DNA from: Myxococcota bacterium
GTDB taxonomy: Bacteria > Myxococcota > JACRCW01
Direction of reading: 5' to 3'
NCBI GenBank assembly: GCA_040752415.1
Contig: JBFMGU010000085.1
Coordinates: 1 to 38,860 of the forward strand
Length of the DNA: 38,860 nt
This document shows positions 1 to 9,681 of this stretch, in pieces. The position numbers and the translations under genes were made by a program. The notes beneath the pieces were generated by a model. The model saw nothing but the letters and a program-made list of their open reading frames with translations, searched no databases and was not told where the DNA came from. Position 1 is the first letter of the stretch. Every line of letters starts with the position of its first letter.

Positions 1-2
1 TC

Positions 3-617
3 TGCCTGTGGGCTCCCAGCGTGCGCGCGCACGCTGAGCTGTACATGGGTCTTGTCGAGGTGGGCGTGGGTCTCATCCCGGGCGCGGGTGGCACCGTGGA
101 GATGGCGCTGCGCGCGCTGGAGAACGCGCCGGATGATCCGAACTTCCCGTTCGAGATGCTGCTGCGCAAGCCGCTGGAAGCCGTGGCCATGGCCAAGGTG
201 TCCACCAGCGCGGACAACGCCAGGTCGCTGGGGCTGCTCCGTCCCACCGACGGCATCACCATCAACCGCGACCACCTGCTCTACGCGGCCAAGCAGCAGG
301 CGCTGGGCATGGCGCTCAGTGGCTACCGTCCGCCGCGTCCGCGTCAGGTCCGCATGCCCGGGCCGTCCGCCAAGGCCACCTTCTCCATGGTCCTGCGCTC
401 CATGCGCGACGGCCACATGATGAGCGACCACGACCTGCTCATCAGCGAGAAGGTTGCCCACGTCATGACGGGCGGCAACACCAGCCCGCGCGTGCTGATG
501 ACGGAGCAGAAGCTGCTGGACCTGGAGCGTGAAGCCTTCCTCAGCCTGTGTGGCGAGCCGAAGACCCAGGAGCGCATCCAGTACATGCTGATGAACAACA
601 AGCCGCTGCGGAACTGA
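3..617 (+). CDS. C-terminal part (5' truncated by window) of 3-hydroxyacyl-CoA dehydrogenase/enoyl-CoA hydratase, FadN-like
   Basis: YMGLVEVGVGLIPGAGG crotonase-like motif, AKVSTSA, LLDLEREAFLSLCGE and terminal KPLRN typical of FadN-type proteins; frame open to the window edge; sits upstream of a thiolase. Confidence 0.85.
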   Translation, partial: CLWAPSVRAHAELYMGLVEVGVGLIPGAGGTVEMALRALENAPDDPNFPFEMLLRKPLEAVAMAKVSTSADNARSLGLLRPTDGITINRDHLLYAAKQQALGMALSGYRPPRPRQVRMPGPSAKATFSMVLRSMRDGHMMSDHDLLISEKVAHVMTGGNTSPRVLMTEQKLLDLEREAFLSLCGEPKTQERIQYMLMNNKPLRN

Positions 618-707
618 GCAGGCTGTTCATCCACCGGCACCGGGGCGCGCCGACCGGTAAAAGCGCCCCACCCCCTTCCACATTGACTCCACAAGGAGAG
701 CAGGACC

Positions 708-2057
708 ATGGCGGCAAAGAAGAAGGCGCGTGGAAAGAAGGCCCCGGCCAAGCGTGCAGCGACGACGAAGCGGCCCGCGGCCAAGAAGAAGAGCACGGCG
801 AAGAAGCCCGCGGGCAAGAAGAAGGCCGCGCGTGGTGGCGCCAAGGCGGCTCCGGCCCGCAAGGCCGCGCCGTCGACGACGGGTGGCGGCGCACGTGAGG
901 TGGTGATCCTCAGCGCCGTGCGCACCGGTCTGGCCAAGGGCGGCAAGGGCACGCTCAAGGACACCCGTCCCGACCACTACGCCGCGGCGGTGATCCAGGA
1001 GGCCATCAAGCGCGCGGGCCTGACCGAGAAGGATCCCAGTGACCTGGTCCTGGGCTGCGCCATGCCGGAGGCGGAGCAGGGCATGAACGTGGCGCGCATC
1101 TCCGGCCTGCTCGCGGGGCTCCCGGTCGACGTGCCGGCGATGACGCTCAACCGGTTCTGCAGCAGCGGCCTGGAGGCCGTGGCCACGGTGAGCGACCGCA
1201 TCCTGGCCAACCGCTACAAGGTGGGCGTGGCCGGTGGCCTGGAGTCCATGAGCCTGGTGCCCATGGGCGGTCACCGTCCCAGCGCCAGCCCCGAGCTGAT
1301 GGACCGCATGCCCGAGGCGTACACGCCCATGGGCATCACCGCCGAGAACGTGGCCAAGCGGTTCCACGTCAGCCGCCAGGACCAGGATGAGTTCGCCCTG
1401 CGGAGCCACCAGCGCGCCGTGGCGGCCATCGAGTCCGGTCGGTTCAGGGACGAGATCCTGCCGGTGACCGCGCGCCTGGTCGACGACAACGGCCAGGAGA
1501 CCACCGTCACGTTCGACACCGACGAGGGACCGCGCAAGGAGACCACGCTGGAGGCGCTCTCCAAGCTGAAGCCGGCGTTCGACAAGGAAGGCTCCGTCAC
1601 CGCCGGCAACAGCAGCCAGGTCACCGACGGGGCCGCGGCTGTCGTCGTGGCGGATGCGGCGTGGGCCAAGGAGCAGGGCCTCAAGCCGCGCGCGTACCTG
1701 CGTGGTTACACCGTGGTGGGCGTGCCGCCGGACATCATGGGCGTGGGCCCCGTGTACGCCATCCGCAAGCTGCTGGACATGACCGGCCTCAAGATCGACG
1801 ACATCGACCTGTTCGAGATCAACGAGGCGTTCGCGTCGCAGGCCATCTACTGCCAGCGTGAGCTGGGCATCGACACCGACAAGCTCAACGTCAACGGTGG
1901 CGCCATTGCGCTGGGGCACCCGCTGGGTTGCACTGGTGCACGCCAGATTGCGACGATCCTGTCGGAGATGGAGCGTCGCAACGCGCGCTACGGCGTGATC
2001 AGCATGTGCGTGGGTGGTGGCATGGGCGCGGCCGGGCTGCTGGAGCGCGCGGTCTGA
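708..2057 (+). CDS. fadA: acetyl-CoA C-acyltransferase (thiolase) with a Lys/Ala-rich N-terminal extension
   Basis: NRFCSSG (catalytic Cys), EINEAFA, GGAIALGHPLG and MCVGGGMG motifs; RBS-like AGGAGAGCAGGA before ATG 708. Confidence 0.93.
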   Translation: MAAKKKARGKKAPAKRAATTKRPAAKKKSTAKKPAGKKKAARGGAKAAPARKAAPSTTGGGAREVVILSAVRTGLAKGGKGTLKDTRPDHYAAAVIQEAIKRAGLTEKDPSDLVLGCAMPEAEQGMNVARISGLLAGLPVDVPAMTLNRFCSSGLEAVATVSDRILANRYKVGVAGGLESMSLVPMGGHRPSASPELMDRMPEAYTPMGITAENVAKRFHVSRQDQDEFALRSHQRAVAAIESGRFRDEILPVTARLVDDNGQETTVTFDTDEGPRKETTLEALSKLKPAFDKEGSVTAGNSSQVTDGAAAVVVADAAWAKEQGLKPRAYLRGYTVVGVPPDIMGVGPVYAIRKLLDMTGLKIDDIDLFEINEAFASQAIYCQRELGIDTDKLNVNGGAIALGHPLGCTGARQIATILSEMERRNARYGVISMCVGGGMGAAGLLERAV

Positions 2058-2065
2058 AACACGCC

Positions 2066-2809
2066 ATGCGCTTGGCGCTGATGGCGTCGTGTGCGGTGCT
2101 CTTGCTGGGCTGTCGGTCGGGGACGGATCGCCTGATCGACAGCCTGGCGCTTGGCCCCGCATCCCCCGGCGCCCCGGAAAAGCTGCAATCCCTCGGCGCG
2201 CAACCCGACCGCGACGAGAAGCTGGCCGCCCGCATCACCTCCGGCGACAACCAGGCCTGCGCCAACGCCGCGGAGTTGCTCGGCGTCTACGCGTTCCAGG
2301 GGCCCAACCCCGCCACCTCGTACCGCACGTTGTTGGACCTGGTGCCCAGGACGCGTGGCCCCTGTGCCATCCAGCTGCTGGCCAACCTGCTGCAAGCGTG
2401 CGGAAAGGACGGGGCGGCGGAGGCGGTGGTGTGCGCGCACGCGTTGGAGGACGTGCTGCACGTGGACCTCTCCGACGAACACGTGGTCATGCTCTCCGAC
2501 TACCTCCGCCCCGCGCGCACCGAGCGACTGCTGCCGCTGCTGGACCTGAGTGGATGCAAGAAGCCGGCGGAGCACACGCGGAACCTGCTGCGCGTCGTCG
2601 ACAAGATGGCGGACCGTGGTGACGCGCTGGTGCTGATGGGGCTGGGGAAGCCGCACACGCTCGGCGTGGCCTGCGCGTACGCGCTGCAGCTGGGGGCGCG
2701 AGGGGAGGGGATCCTCAAGCTGGTGGATGAGACCATCCGGACCGGATGCCAGGGCGCCCGCGCCGCCTCGGCGACGTCGTCACCCGACGGGGGAACAGGG
2801 AGACCATGA
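2066..2809 (+). CDS. hypothetical lipoprotein
   Basis: MRLALMASCAVLLLGC lipobox; ATG 9 nt after the thiolase stop; its stop overlaps the next start (ATGA). Confidence 0.7.
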   Translation: MRLALMASCAVLLLGCRSGTDRLIDSLALGPASPGAPEKLQSLGAQPDRDEKLAARITSGDNQACANAAELLGVYAFQGPNPATSYRTLLDLVPRTRGPCAIQLLANLLQACGKDGAAEAVVCAHALEDVLHVDLSDEHVVMLSDYLRPARTERLLPLLDLSGCKKPAEHTRNLLRVVDKMADRGDALVLMGLGKPHTLGVACAYALQLGARGEGILKLVDETIRTGCQGARAASATSSPDGGTGRP

Positions 2810-3570
2810 GCACGCGGGCCCGCCTCATCACCATCCCCATCAGTCACTACTGCGAGAAGGCGCGCTGGGCCCTGGACTTCCACCACTTCCCCTACGACGA
2901 GGAGGCGCACTTCCCCGGCTTCCACTTCCGCGCCACCTTCGGCGTGGGCGCCAAGCGCACGGTGCCGGTGCTGGTGACTCAGGACGGCGTCTTCGCGGAT
3001 TCCACCGACATCCTGACGTACGTGGACCGCGCGGCTTCGTCGTCATCGTCGCGGCTGTACCCGGAGGACGCGGCCAAGCGGAAGGCCGTGGAAGAGCTGG
3101 AAGACTTCTTCGACGAGAAGTACGGCCCCCACACGCGGCGCCTGGCGTACTTCCATGTCCTCCCGCAGTTCCGCAGGCTCTCGGGGTACATGGCGCGTGG
3201 GACGCCCGCGTATGAGGCGCCGATTGTGTCCGTCGTGGGGCCGGCGCTGGTGTTCGCGATGAAGCGGTCCCTCGCCATCGACGCGGCGGGGGCGCAGCGA
3301 TCCCGCCAGAAGATCGAGGAAGCATTCAGGCGCGTCGAGGAGCGCCTGGCGCGGGGCACGCGGTATCTGACCGGAGACACGTTCACCGCGGCGGACCTGA
3401 CCTTCGCGGCGCTTAGCACGCCGTTGACCTTCCCCGCCGAGGCGGGCGCGCCCTTGCCGAAGATGGAGGAGCTTCCGTCGGCCTTCCGCGAGGACCTGGC
3501 GGCGTACGCCAAACGGCCCGCGTTCCAGTACGCCCAGCGGTTGTTCCGGGAGGAACGACGTTCGAGGTGA
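2806..3570 (+). CDS. glutathione S-transferase family protein
   Basis: ISHYCEKARWALD, TVPVL, DSTDIL and YLTGDTFTAADLTFAAL GST motifs. Confidence 0.9.
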   Translation: MSTRARLITIPISHYCEKARWALDFHHFPYDEEAHFPGFHFRATFGVGAKRTVPVLVTQDGVFADSTDILTYVDRAASSSSSRLYPEDAAKRKAVEELEDFFDEKYGPHTRRLAYFHVLPQFRRLSGYMARGTPAYEAPIVSVVGPALVFAMKRSLAIDAAGAQRSRQKIEEAFRRVEERLARGTRYLTGDTFTAADLTFAALSTPLTFPAEAGAPLPKMEELPSAFREDLAAYAKRPAFQYAQRLFREERRSR

Positions 3571-3657
3571 CTGCCGGAATACACGTGGTGTTGCTGCGTT
3601 CGGGGCGCGTGGCCCGTCAGGTGCGTCGTCAACTTCAAGTGTCCTACGAGGTCCAAC

Positions 3658-4779
3658 ATGGGGAACAAGGTGCTGGTGACAGGCGGTGCGGGCTTCATCG
3701 GCTCACACCTGGTAGATGCGTTGCTCCGGCGCGGCGATACCGTGCGCGTCCTGGATAACCTGCTGCCCCAGGCCCACCCCTCCGGAAAGGCCCGGTTCTT
3801 GTCGCCCGAGGCGGAGCTCATCGTCGGCGACCTGCGGGACCGCGCCGCGGTGGACCGCGCCCTGGACGGGATTGACACCGTGTTCCACCAGGGCGGCATG
3901 GTGGGCAACGGCCAATCCATGTACGACATCCAGCGCTACACCGACGTGAACGTCACCGGGACGGCCAACCTCGTGGAAGCGATGGTGTCCCGTCGCGCAC
4001 AGTTCCGGAAGTTCGTGGTGGCTTCATCCATGGTGGTCTACGGGGATGGCGCCTACCGCTGCGCCGTGCACGGCGTCCTGCAGCACGCGGTCCGGCCTGA
4101 GACGCGTCTGCGCGCGCGGCAATGGGAGCCCCTGTGCCCAGCGTGCGGTGCCGAGGTCCAACCCACGCCGACTTCGGAGGAGCACGCGCAGCGGCCCACC
4201 AGCACCTACGGAACGTCCAAGCGCGCGCAGGAAGAGCTCTGCCTCGTCCTCGGCCGCGCCTACAAGATGCCCACCGTGGCGCTGCGCTACCTCAACACCT
4301 ACGGGTCGCGGCAGGCGCTGCAGAATCCCTACACAGGCGTCGCGGCGATCATGTCGATGCGTCTGCTCAACAACAAGGCACCCGTGATCTTCGAGGACGG
4401 GGCCCAACTCCGGGACCTGACCCATGTCTCCGACGTCGTCGCGGCCAACATTGCCGCCGCGGAGGCTGGCCCCGAAGCAGATTACGAGCCCTTCAACATC
4501 GGCACGGGACGCAGCGTCACGGTGCTCCACATGGCGCGTACGCTCGCGAAGAAACTTGGAAGGGAGATTGAACCCGAGGTCACCGGGCAGTTCCGTGAAG
4601 GCGACATCCGACACTGTCTTGCGGACGTCTCCAAGGCGCGCCGGCTGCTGAGCTGGGAGGCGCGCGTCACGTTTGATGACGGTGCCGATGAGCTGGCGAC
4701 GTGGGCGGCAGGAGAGCGCCCGGCTGACTTGACGGAAAAGGCGAACGCCGAGCTGCGTGAGAAGGGCCTCATCCGCTGA
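3658..4779 (+). CDS. NAD-dependent epimerase/dehydratase (extended SDR) with a CxxH...CxxC insertion
   Basis: TGGAGFIG Rossmann motif, ASSM, YGTSK (YxxxK), NPYTGVAAI, FREGDIRHC. Confidence 0.92.
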   Translation: MGNKVLVTGGAGFIGSHLVDALLRRGDTVRVLDNLLPQAHPSGKARFLSPEAELIVGDLRDRAAVDRALDGIDTVFHQGGMVGNGQSMYDIQRYTDVNVTGTANLVEAMVSRRAQFRKFVVASSMVVYGDGAYRCAVHGVLQHAVRPETRLRARQWEPLCPACGAEVQPTPTSEEHAQRPTSTYGTSKRAQEELCLVLGRAYKMPTVALRYLNTYGSRQALQNPYTGVAAIMSMRLLNNKAPVIFEDGAQLRDLTHVSDVVAANIAAAEAGPEADYEPFNIGTGRSVTVLHMARTLAKKLGREIEPEVTGQFREGDIRHCLADVSKARRLLSWEARVTFDDGADELATWAAGERPADLTEKANAELREKGLIR

Positions 4780-4783
4780 ACCA

Positions 4784-5191
4784 TCAGTAGACCAGGCCGC
4801 CGGCTTCCCCGCCCTCGCGGTGACAGCGATTGCAGGACGACTCGGCAACACGCGCTTGCATGCGGTTCAACACGCCGCCGTCGGCATCCTCCGTCCACGC
4901 TTCAATGGGAGGCGTGACCTTGGTGAAATGGAAGAAGTTGCCGTGGGTATTGAGGCCCATGGTGAAGACCGCCCCGGTGGCGTCGCGGACTTTCACCCAG
5001 CGCGGTGGCACGGACTCGCGGGAGAACGTTCCCGCGATGCCGAATTCCTCGTGACAACAGAGGCAGTCGGTGCCCCGCCGTTCCTCATCCGGGTTTCCCT
5101 CCTCGCACCCACCGGCATCCACGGCCGCGAGCCCAGGCACTTGGCAGGCTGCAGCGGATGCGAGCACGAGGGTCAGGCAGATGGTGCGCAT
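4784..5191 (-). CDS. putative diheme c-type cytochrome lipoprotein (copy 1)
   Basis: Signal peptide ending SAAAC; CLCCH and CNRCH heme-type motifs; clear paralog at 9682-10113. Confidence 0.7.
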   Translation of the reverse strand: MRTICLTLVLASAAACQVPGLAAVDAGGCEEGNPDEERRGTDCLCCHEEFGIAGTFSRESVPPRWVKVRDATGAVFTMGLNTHGNFFHFTKVTPPIEAWTEDADGGVLNRMQARVAESSCNRCHREGGEAGGLVY

Positions 5192-5225
5192 GGGAAGCTC
5201 CAAGGGCCCGCCGCAACGCATTGAA

Positions 5226-7091
5226 CTACGGGGACTCCGTTTGAGGACACTCCAACCAGCGATGCTCCGTCCAAGGTTTGCGGTCGACGTAGACTTGCCG
5301 CTCCGGTGGCGGATCAAACACAACAACAACCGCCACACCGGAGGGACCGGCGTAGGACCAGCCGAGCGGATCCCAGAACCCACCCGCGCGGCTGCTCATC
5401 CACATGTACGCATCCACGGCGTCCAATCGGAGCGGGGAGAGGCGTTCCGCCGACGAATAGACCTCCACCTGCGCGCCCCGCGTGAGTCCTTCCGCTCGGA
5501 CAAACCCCGCGCGCACGCCGGGCCGGCACGCCGCAAGCAACTCGGTTTCACTGGGCGCGCCTTCTCCCAACGCCATGATGAACTGCCTGCCTGGCAGCAG
5601 CGTCACGGGCCGATGGTCCGTCTCCGCCAACACTTCGCGCAGTTGGCTCCGAGAGCCTGTCCCGGTTCCCACGCCGGTGAAGGTGGAGCTCCACGTGTAG
5701 AAGAAGCCATCCAGCACCCAACGTCCCCAGTGCCACGCCTGGCTGTCGACGAGAACCCGGCTCACTTCCCCACGTTGCCGCGCGAGCAGGAGGGCGCGGA
5801 GCCGGTCGTCATCCCCGGCGGTTTCGTAGAGCTGCCGTCTCTCGTCGGGAAAGCCGCTAAAGGTGCGGGTGCGGTCCGTGGTGACCAGGAGCGCGCGGGG
5901 ATCCTGCTGCGCAAGCCGTTGTCCTTCCGCTCGCAGCGCTCCCAACGGGAAGGGTCGCTCCTGGCGGCCACCCACGACGTGGAGAAAGGACGCAACAAGC
6001 TGTGCGCCGAGCACCAGGACCAGTGGTCCCTGCCACATCGGTTTCAGCCGCACCGCCGCCCACGCCGCTGCCAGAATGAGCAGGAAGGTTCCCGGAACAA
6101 TCACGCGGCCGAGCAGACCCCAATGAAAGAGCTTGCTGCTGACGAGAAAACCGACCAGTCCCAGTGACAGCCCGAGCGCCTTGCGCCCAGGTGATGCGGG
6201 GATGAACAGGGTCAGGATCAGCACCGCCGCGGCGGGAATGGCCCCGAGTTGCATCGCCAGGACCTGGACGCTGCGAGAGAGAAGCGTGGCGTCCAACGGG
6301 TAGGGACCGGTGCCGTTGCGGGTGATGAGCATGAGGAACGCTTCGGTGAGCGACGTCCCGCTGAACTGCAGGGAAATGAAATGTGCCTGGCCAAACAGCG
6401 AGGCCGCGGTCGCCAACGTGCAGGCTCCTCCCAACAAGGCCACGCGTTGCAGCGTCGTCCGGTCCAGCGCTTCCACGCCGAGCACCCACACGGCGGGCAC
6501 GGCCAGCGCCCACATGCCAATGAGCAGGTGCCCCGACACCGCCAGGAACCACCAAAGGCCCGCGAGCGGCAGCGCGCGTCGCACGGACGTCTCGCCTCGC
6601 AGCAACCGGAGCCCGGTGAGGATGGTGAGGAAGAAGAAGGCCAGATTGAAGGAGACGCTGTAGCCGCTGAGATCGCAGAGCGCGACGAACGGGACCAGCA
6701 GCGTCAACAACGCAACGACGAGCCCGGCCCCGGCAGGGACCAGCAGGTTCAGGAGACGATGAAATGCCAGGAACGCCAGCAGCCCATACGCAACGCTTGC
6801 CACGTTCAGCGCAAGCGGCGGGGACAACCAGGCCACCAGCGGACGCGCTGAAGCGAGGAACAGCGCCTGGTGGGGGAAATGCCCATCCGCGAAGATGTGC
6901 CACAGACCGGCCGAGACACGCTGCGCGTACTCGGGCGAGTCAAAGTACTCGTCAACGTCCCGCAGGAACGGCAGCCGAGACGCGAGGTACGCCACCGCGA
7001 CGGCAATTGCGTGGGGGAGAGGCGGTGTGGTCGTCGTCGCCACGTCAGCCTCCGGGCTGGCGCGCCCCATGGATGTGAACAGGAGTCTCAT
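5226..7091 (-). CDS. polytopic membrane protein, possible GT-C-fold glycosyltransferase
   Basis: About 10 hydrophobic segments; acidic loop DVDEYFDSPEY after the first TM, as in GT-C/PMT-like enzymes; soluble C-terminal domain; start uncertain (7091 or 7070). Confidence 0.55.
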   Translation of the reverse strand: MRLLFTSMGRASPEADVATTTTPPLPHAIAVAVAYLASRLPFLRDVDEYFDSPEYAQRVSAGLWHIFADGHFPHQALFLASARPLVAWLSPPLALNVASVAYGLLAFLAFHRLLNLLVPAGAGLVVALLTLLVPFVALCDLSGYSVSFNLAFFFLTILTGLRLLRGETSVRRALPLAGLWWFLAVSGHLLIGMWALAVPAVWVLGVEALDRTTLQRVALLGGACTLATAASLFGQAHFISLQFSGTSLTEAFLMLITRNGTGPYPLDATLLSRSVQVLAMQLGAIPAAAVLILTLFIPASPGRKALGLSLGLVGFLVSSKLFHWGLLGRVIVPGTFLLILAAAWAAVRLKPMWQGPLVLVLGAQLVASFLHVVGGRQERPFPLGALRAEGQRLAQQDPRALLVTTDRTRTFSGFPDERRQLYETAGDDDRLRALLLARQRGEVSRVLVDSQAWHWGRWVLDGFFYTWSSTFTGVGTGTGSRSQLREVLAETDHRPVTLLPGRQFIMALGEGAPSETELLAACRPGVRAGFVRAEGLTRGAQVEVYSSAERLSPLRLDAVDAYMWMSSRAGGFWDPLGWSYAGPSGVAVVVVFDPPPERQVYVDRKPWTEHRWLECPQTESP

Positions 7092-7225
7092 CCGGCCCGC
7101 CCGTGCGTTCTCACCTTTCAATGCCCCCGCATCGTGTGCCGTGCAAGGCCTTTCTGGTGCATTCCGCGCTTGGCGCACGGGTGCGGTTCCCCATACCCTG
7201 CCGCCATCCATTCGGGGAGGTCGCG

Positions 7226-7981
7226 ATGCGGGCCATAGAGCTCATTGGGGTGTCGGGTCTGCTCCTGGTGTCGGGGTGCAAAGAAGCGCTGTGCCTCTTT
7301 CCGCCGGCGTCCAACACCGCGCTGTGTGCCATCACGGAAGGTGAGTGCTTCCGGGGTCCCATCCAGAATGACGAGTTCATCGTCAAGGTTGTGGATGAGG
7401 AAACGCAGGAGCCCATTGTCGGCGCGGTTGGCAGCCATGAGAAGGGTTGCCTCTACTGCGCGGGCCACAATTCCTACTACTGGGGTGGAATCACCGACGA
7501 GAATGGCGAGATGCGCATCAAGGTGCCGTCTGGGGAACGCGACGTGATGGGCCTGCACACCTTCCAGAACGGGTATCTCTACGGCCGCGCGAAGTGCGAC
7601 GCGACGGAGCACAACCGCGCGAACATCCCGATGAGGAAGAACCCCGACTCCGACAAGCCGGTGGTCAGCAACGCGGCCACCACCACCACCAGCGTGCGCG
7701 CCGGCGAGCAGTTCACCCTGCGGCTCGATCTCCAGGAGGCTCGCGGCGCCAAGAACTCCGACGAGACGCTGTGGGTCCAGCCCGAAACCGGGAAGACGGG
7801 ACGACTCAAGCCCACTGCCGGCGAGCCTCCCGATCCCCCGGCGGAGTACCCCAACGGCGAGTACACCGACGTCATCACGGCTCCCTCCGCGCCTGGCACC
7901 TACCGCTACGTCGTTCACGCCACGGCGCATAACTGCGTCACCAGTGACCGCGCGGAAGTGACCCTGACGGTGAACCCGTGA
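7226..7981 (+). CDS. Cys/His-rich hypothetical lipoprotein with beta-sandwich-like domains (copy 1)
   Basis: GGGGAGG RBS; LLVSGC lipobox; strong paralogy with 10276-11022. Confidence 0.8.
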   Translation: MRAIELIGVSGLLLVSGCKEALCLFPPASNTALCAITEGECFRGPIQNDEFIVKVVDEETQEPIVGAVGSHEKGCLYCAGHNSYYWGGITDENGEMRIKVPSGERDVMGLHTFQNGYLYGRAKCDATEHNRANIPMRKNPDSDKPVVSNAATTTTSVRAGEQFTLRLDLQEARGAKNSDETLWVQPETGKTGRLKPTAGEPPDPPAEYPNGEYTDVITAPSAPGTYRYVVHATAHNCVTSDRAEVTLTVNP

Positions 7982-8033
7982 GGCCGGCCATGAGCGGTGC
8001 TGAACCACACACGGAGATGAAAGGCGGGAATCC

Positions 8034-8735
8034 ATGCGCGTGGCGGCCCTGATTCCCGCGCTCAACGAAGAGGCGACCGTGGGGGAGGCCGTCCGGCGGC
8101 TCCAGGGAGTGGGGATTCCTCGGGTCGTCGTGGTGGACAATGGGAGCACGGACAAGACTGGTGTGGTCGCGGCCGCGGCGGGTGCGCTGGTCCTGCGAGA
8201 GGAGCAGCGAGGCTACGGGCGTGCCTGCATGACGGGGATGGCAGCTCTCCACGCCGATCCTCCCGACGCGCTTCTCTTCATGGACGCGGACCTGTCGGAT
8301 GTTCCCGAGGAGGCGCCGCTGCTCCTGGAGCCGGTGATGCGCGGCCAGGCCGAGATGGTCATCGGCAGCCGCGTGTTGGGGGAGCGGGAGGGACGCGTCG
8401 AGCCGGGCGCGCTCACGCCGCCGCAACAGTTTGGCAACGCGCTCTCCTGCTGGTTGATGTGGCAACTCTATGGGATGCCCGCCACGGACCTCGGCCCGTT
8501 CCGTTGCATCCGCTGGGACGCGTTGTTGAGCCTGCAGATGCGCGACCCGGACTTCGGATGGAACGTGGAGATGCAGATCAAAGCGGCGCATCGCCGCCTC
8601 CGGGTCCAGGAGGTTGCGGTCGGATACCGGACGCGCCGCGCGGGAGCCTCGAAGGTGAGCGGCAACATCAAGGGAACGCTCCGGGCCGGTGCGAAGATCC
8701 TCTTCACCGTGGCCCGACTGCACGGATCACGATAA
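8034..8735 (+). CDS. glycosyltransferase family 2 protein
   Basis: LIPALNEE, VVVDNGSTDKT, GYGRAC, FMDAD (DxD) and TDLGPFR motifs. Confidence 0.92.
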   Translation: MRVAALIPALNEEATVGEAVRRLQGVGIPRVVVVDNGSTDKTGVVAAAAGALVLREEQRGYGRACMTGMAALHADPPDALLFMDADLSDVPEEAPLLLEPVMRGQAEMVIGSRVLGEREGRVEPGALTPPQQFGNALSCWLMWQLYGMPATDLGPFRCIRWDALLSLQMRDPDFGWNVEMQIKAAHRRLRVQEVAVGYRTRRAGASKVSGNIKGTLRAGAKILFTVARLHGSR

Positions 8736-8926
8736 GCGCTGTCCGCTGCGTCTTCGTGATTCCCTCCTGGGCAAGCTGAAAGCCGTTCACACGATCTCCG
8801 TCGGGAGGGCCTGCTCGCCAGCGCGTCGACGTCGTTGGCGCCCGCCTGACGTCCAAGCTTGCGCAACAGGCCCGGGAATCCGGGCTCCGCTAACTCTCGG
8901 GTGACGTCGGTGGTGTCCCTGGGAGG

Positions 8927-9436
8927 ATGGCCATGGCGGTCCGAAAAGCGGCGCTCCCGCATTCCGTCGACCTCGGCGCGGCCCTTGTCGCGGGGATCGT
9001 CGCGGGCGTCGTGTTCATCGTTCTGGATGTGACCCTGGTGCCGCTTCTCGGGCTGGGTAGCCCCTGGGAGCCGGTGCGCATGATCGCCGCAATCGCCCTG
9101 GGGCCTTCGGTGCTACCGCCGCCGGCCACGTTCGACCTGCGCATCTTCCTCGTGGCGATGATGGTCCACTTCTCCCTATCGTCGATCTATTCGGTCGTGC
9201 GCGTCGTGGTGGTCGAGGGTTGGGCGCAGAGCCTGACTCCCCTGAGCCGGGGACTGTACGGTCTGGTCATCTACCTGGTGAACTTCTACGGTTTCACCAG
9301 GTTCTTTCCATGGTTCGCCGAAGCGCGAGGCTGGGTCAGTATTCTCGTTCATGTCGCCTGGGGAATGGTGTTGCCCATCGCCTATGAGACGCTCACACGT
9401 CCAGGTGGGCGCAAGGCAGTCGCTGCGCCTGGCTGA
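8927..9436 (+). CDS. four-TM hypothetical membrane protein
   Basis: Four hydrophobic helices with MVHF and LVHVAWG His residues; GGGAGG just upstream (start may be the second ATG at 8933). Confidence 0.75.
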   Translation: MAMAVRKAALPHSVDLGAALVAGIVAGVVFIVLDVTLVPLLGLGSPWEPVRMIAAIALGPSVLPPPATFDLRIFLVAMMVHFSLSSIYSVVRVVVVEGWAQSLTPLSRGLYGLVIYLVNFYGFTRFFPWFAEARGWVSILVHVAWGMVLPIAYETLTRPGGRKAVAAPG

Positions 9437-9681
9437 CCGGCAACCCGCGTTGTTGTGTCACGATACGACGGTAACCGGGGCAGACCACCTCATGCCTCGC
9501 TCCGTGATGCGCCGGAGCTTGTTCACGCTTTGCTCCCGAAGGCGTGGCGGCACCTCCCGACGCCTTGAGGTCACCTCGTTCTCTGCCGCGCCCTTCCATC
9601 CGCTGCTGTCCTCGTCGGGAAGTCCGTGCTTCTGGCAGCGTGCAGTCCAGGCCATCGTCGTCTGGGAGCCGAGCCGATGGC

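Noticed and set aside
8736..8926. Possible riboswitch in a GC-rich structured leader
   Set aside because: No conserved riboswitch core recognisable by eye; would need an Rfam scan.
9437..9681. Small ORFs in this gap and in 30913-31202
   Set aside because: No RBS, motif or codon-bias support.
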